Source: a virus
Lineage: Duplodnaviria > Caudoviricetes
Length of the DNA stretch: 26,821 bases
IMG/VR virus record: IMGVR_UViG_3300027571_000061
Coordinates: 1-26,821 of that record
Reading direction: 5' to 3' (one strand)
Shown one piece after another: positions 25,610-26,821 of this stretch. A program made the translations under genes and the position numbers. Each line of letters starts with the position of its first letter. Positions within the stretch are counted from its first letter, which is position 1. The notes beneath the pieces are model-generated. The model made no database searches and had not been told where the DNA came from. It worked only from the letters and a program-made list of their open reading frames with translations.

Positions 25610-26184
25610 TGGCAACACAAGACTCACGAATAAAATTAAAGCGGTCAACGGTAAATTCTACCGTTCCAACCGTACCAAGTTCTAATGACCACACCGATGG
25701 CACTTGGATAGCTACGGACATTTACAAAGGAGAACTCTTTTACAACCAAGCGGACGGGGTTCTGTGGACACGAGGAGACTCAGGCATCGAATGCATTCAA
25801 GGTACTGCAAAACTGACCATTGCAACGGCAGACGTTCTACACTTAAACACTACACCGATTGAGATAGTTGCCGCTCCGGGGGCTGGTTATGCAATTGAGG
25901 TAATAAGCGCATCAATGAAGATGGTTTACAATTCGGCTACTTACGCGACTAATACAAGCCTTGAGTTAATAACTGCTGGAGCAACCAACTCACAAGCATC
26001 AACGGTTATAAAAAACTCAGCATCAACAATAAGACGTTTTGCGGATGCCACTACTTTAGCTTCTGCAACGGCAACTCAGTTAGTTGAAAATGCCGCACTA
26101 AATGTAACCGTAGCAAGTGGCGACCCAACGGCTGGAGATAGCGACATAACTGTTTACGTTACTTACCGAATTATAACGCTATAA
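25609..26184 (+). CDS. Putative tail fibre/spike with Mtd-N/hyaluronidase-like N-terminal module
   Basis: IKLKRST...GELFYNQADGVLW N-terminus and Thr/Ala-rich beta C-terminal domain. Confidence 0.5.
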   Translation: MATQDSRIKLKRSTVNSTVPTVPSSNDHTDGTWIATDIYKGELFYNQADGVLWTRGDSGIECIQGTAKLTIATADVLHLNTTPIEIVAAPGAGYAIEVISASMKMVYNSATYATNTSLELITAGATNSQASTVIKNSASTIRRFADATTLASATATQLVENAALNVTVASGDPTAGDSDITVYVTYRIITL

Positions 26185-26185
26185 G

Positions 26186-26821
26186 ATGGCTACAAAAGTT
26201 GCGATAGAAGTAGATGTTAAAGTAGGAGATGCTGGCGAGAACCTGAGCAATGTAAAGAACGAACTCAAAGGCGTTGAGAAACAAGCAAAGAAGTCTACCG
26301 ACCAAATGAAAACTGGATTCGGGGCGGCAAGCAAACAAGCAGCAACATTACCCGGCCCGATAGGGATGGCGGCTTCTTCAATGAATATGTTAAGGGCATC
26401 AACATTGAAATTTGTAACCGCTTTAAAAAGCGTCAAGGTAGCAATTGCCGCGACTGGAATAGGTTTGCTATTGATTGCGGTAACTTCGTTGTTTCAATTC
26501 TTTAATAAAACAGAACGAGGAGCGCAAGCGTTAAGAATAGCTTCAGCGGCACTTGGTGCTACAATGGACACTCTTATTGATGTGGTCATAAAAGTAGGAG
26601 AAACAATATTTAGGGCTTTTACAGAACCTCAAAAAGTATTTAAAGAGTTTTCTGCTTCAATCAAAACGTATGTAGTTGACCAAATAACTAACATCTTTGA
26701 CGGTCTTGGCTTGTTAGGTAGTGCAATTCAGAAAGTGTTTAGCCGTGACTTTGCTGGTGCGTTAAAAGACGCGGAAAAAGGCACGAAGAAGTTAGGCGAA
26801 GGACTTTTAAAACTTAACCCG
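26186..26821 (+). CDS. Tape measure protein (3'-truncated; absent from ORF track)
   Basis: Open from ATG 26186 to the window end: MATKVAIEVDVK...LKSVKVAIAATGIGLLLIAVTSL..., Ala/Gly-rich and helical. Confidence 0.8.
   Translation, partial: MATKVAIEVDVKVGDAGENLSNVKNELKGVEKQAKKSTDQMKTGFGAASKQAATLPGPIGMAASSMNMLRASTLKFVTALKSVKVAIAATGIGLLLIAVTSLFQFFNKTERGAQALRIASAALGATMDTLIDVVIKVGETIFRAFTEPQKVFKEFSASIKTYVVDQITNIFDGLGLLGSAIQKVFSRDFAGALKDAEKGTKKLGEGLLKLNP

Noticed and set aside
73-26436. All minus-strand ORFs in the track (e.g. 73-270, 4385-4642, 18092-18511, 26179-26436)
   Set aside because: Each is antisense to a well-supported + strand gene and has no recognisable motif; treated as shadow ORFs.
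1-26821. Stop-codon reassignment
   Set aside because: Genes are full-length and densely packed under the standard code, and TAA, TAG and TGA all end credible genes.

Overview
A 26.8-kb segment of a tailed dsDNA phage (Caudoviricetes, probably siphovirus-like) of a Bacteroidota/Flavobacteriia-type host, judged from TAnnTTTG promoters, A-rich Shine-Dalgarno-less starts and gene families. All credible genes are on the + strand. Order: portal (5'-truncated) with a fused wHTH and Cys/His tail; head-tail connectors; DUF285/BspA-like adhesin; lysis cassette; metallophosphoesterase; early region with a triplicated promoter/operator; recombination module (putative SSAP, YqaJ exonuclease, SSB, NinG); HTH genes; repeat-bounded micro-ORFs; structured RNA leader; HNH; initiator with internal iterons; C5-cytosine methyltransferase; DnaC-like loader; sigma factor; ParB-N plus TET-associated-type glycosyltransferase; TerS/TerL; GP88-family protein; tail chaperone with a -1 frameshift; tail genes; and tape measure (3'-truncated). 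Most notable: (i) a terminase-flanking candidate DNA-hypermodification locus with no TET gene in the window; (ii) a strong oligonucleotide signature by manual scan (no GATC, no CCWGG, CCGG only as CCSGG, CAGG only as TCAGG); (iii) a programmed -1 frameshift; (iv) repeat-bounded cassettes and a switch-like RNA leader. Family calls come from motif recognition, not database searches, and k-mer counts are manual.
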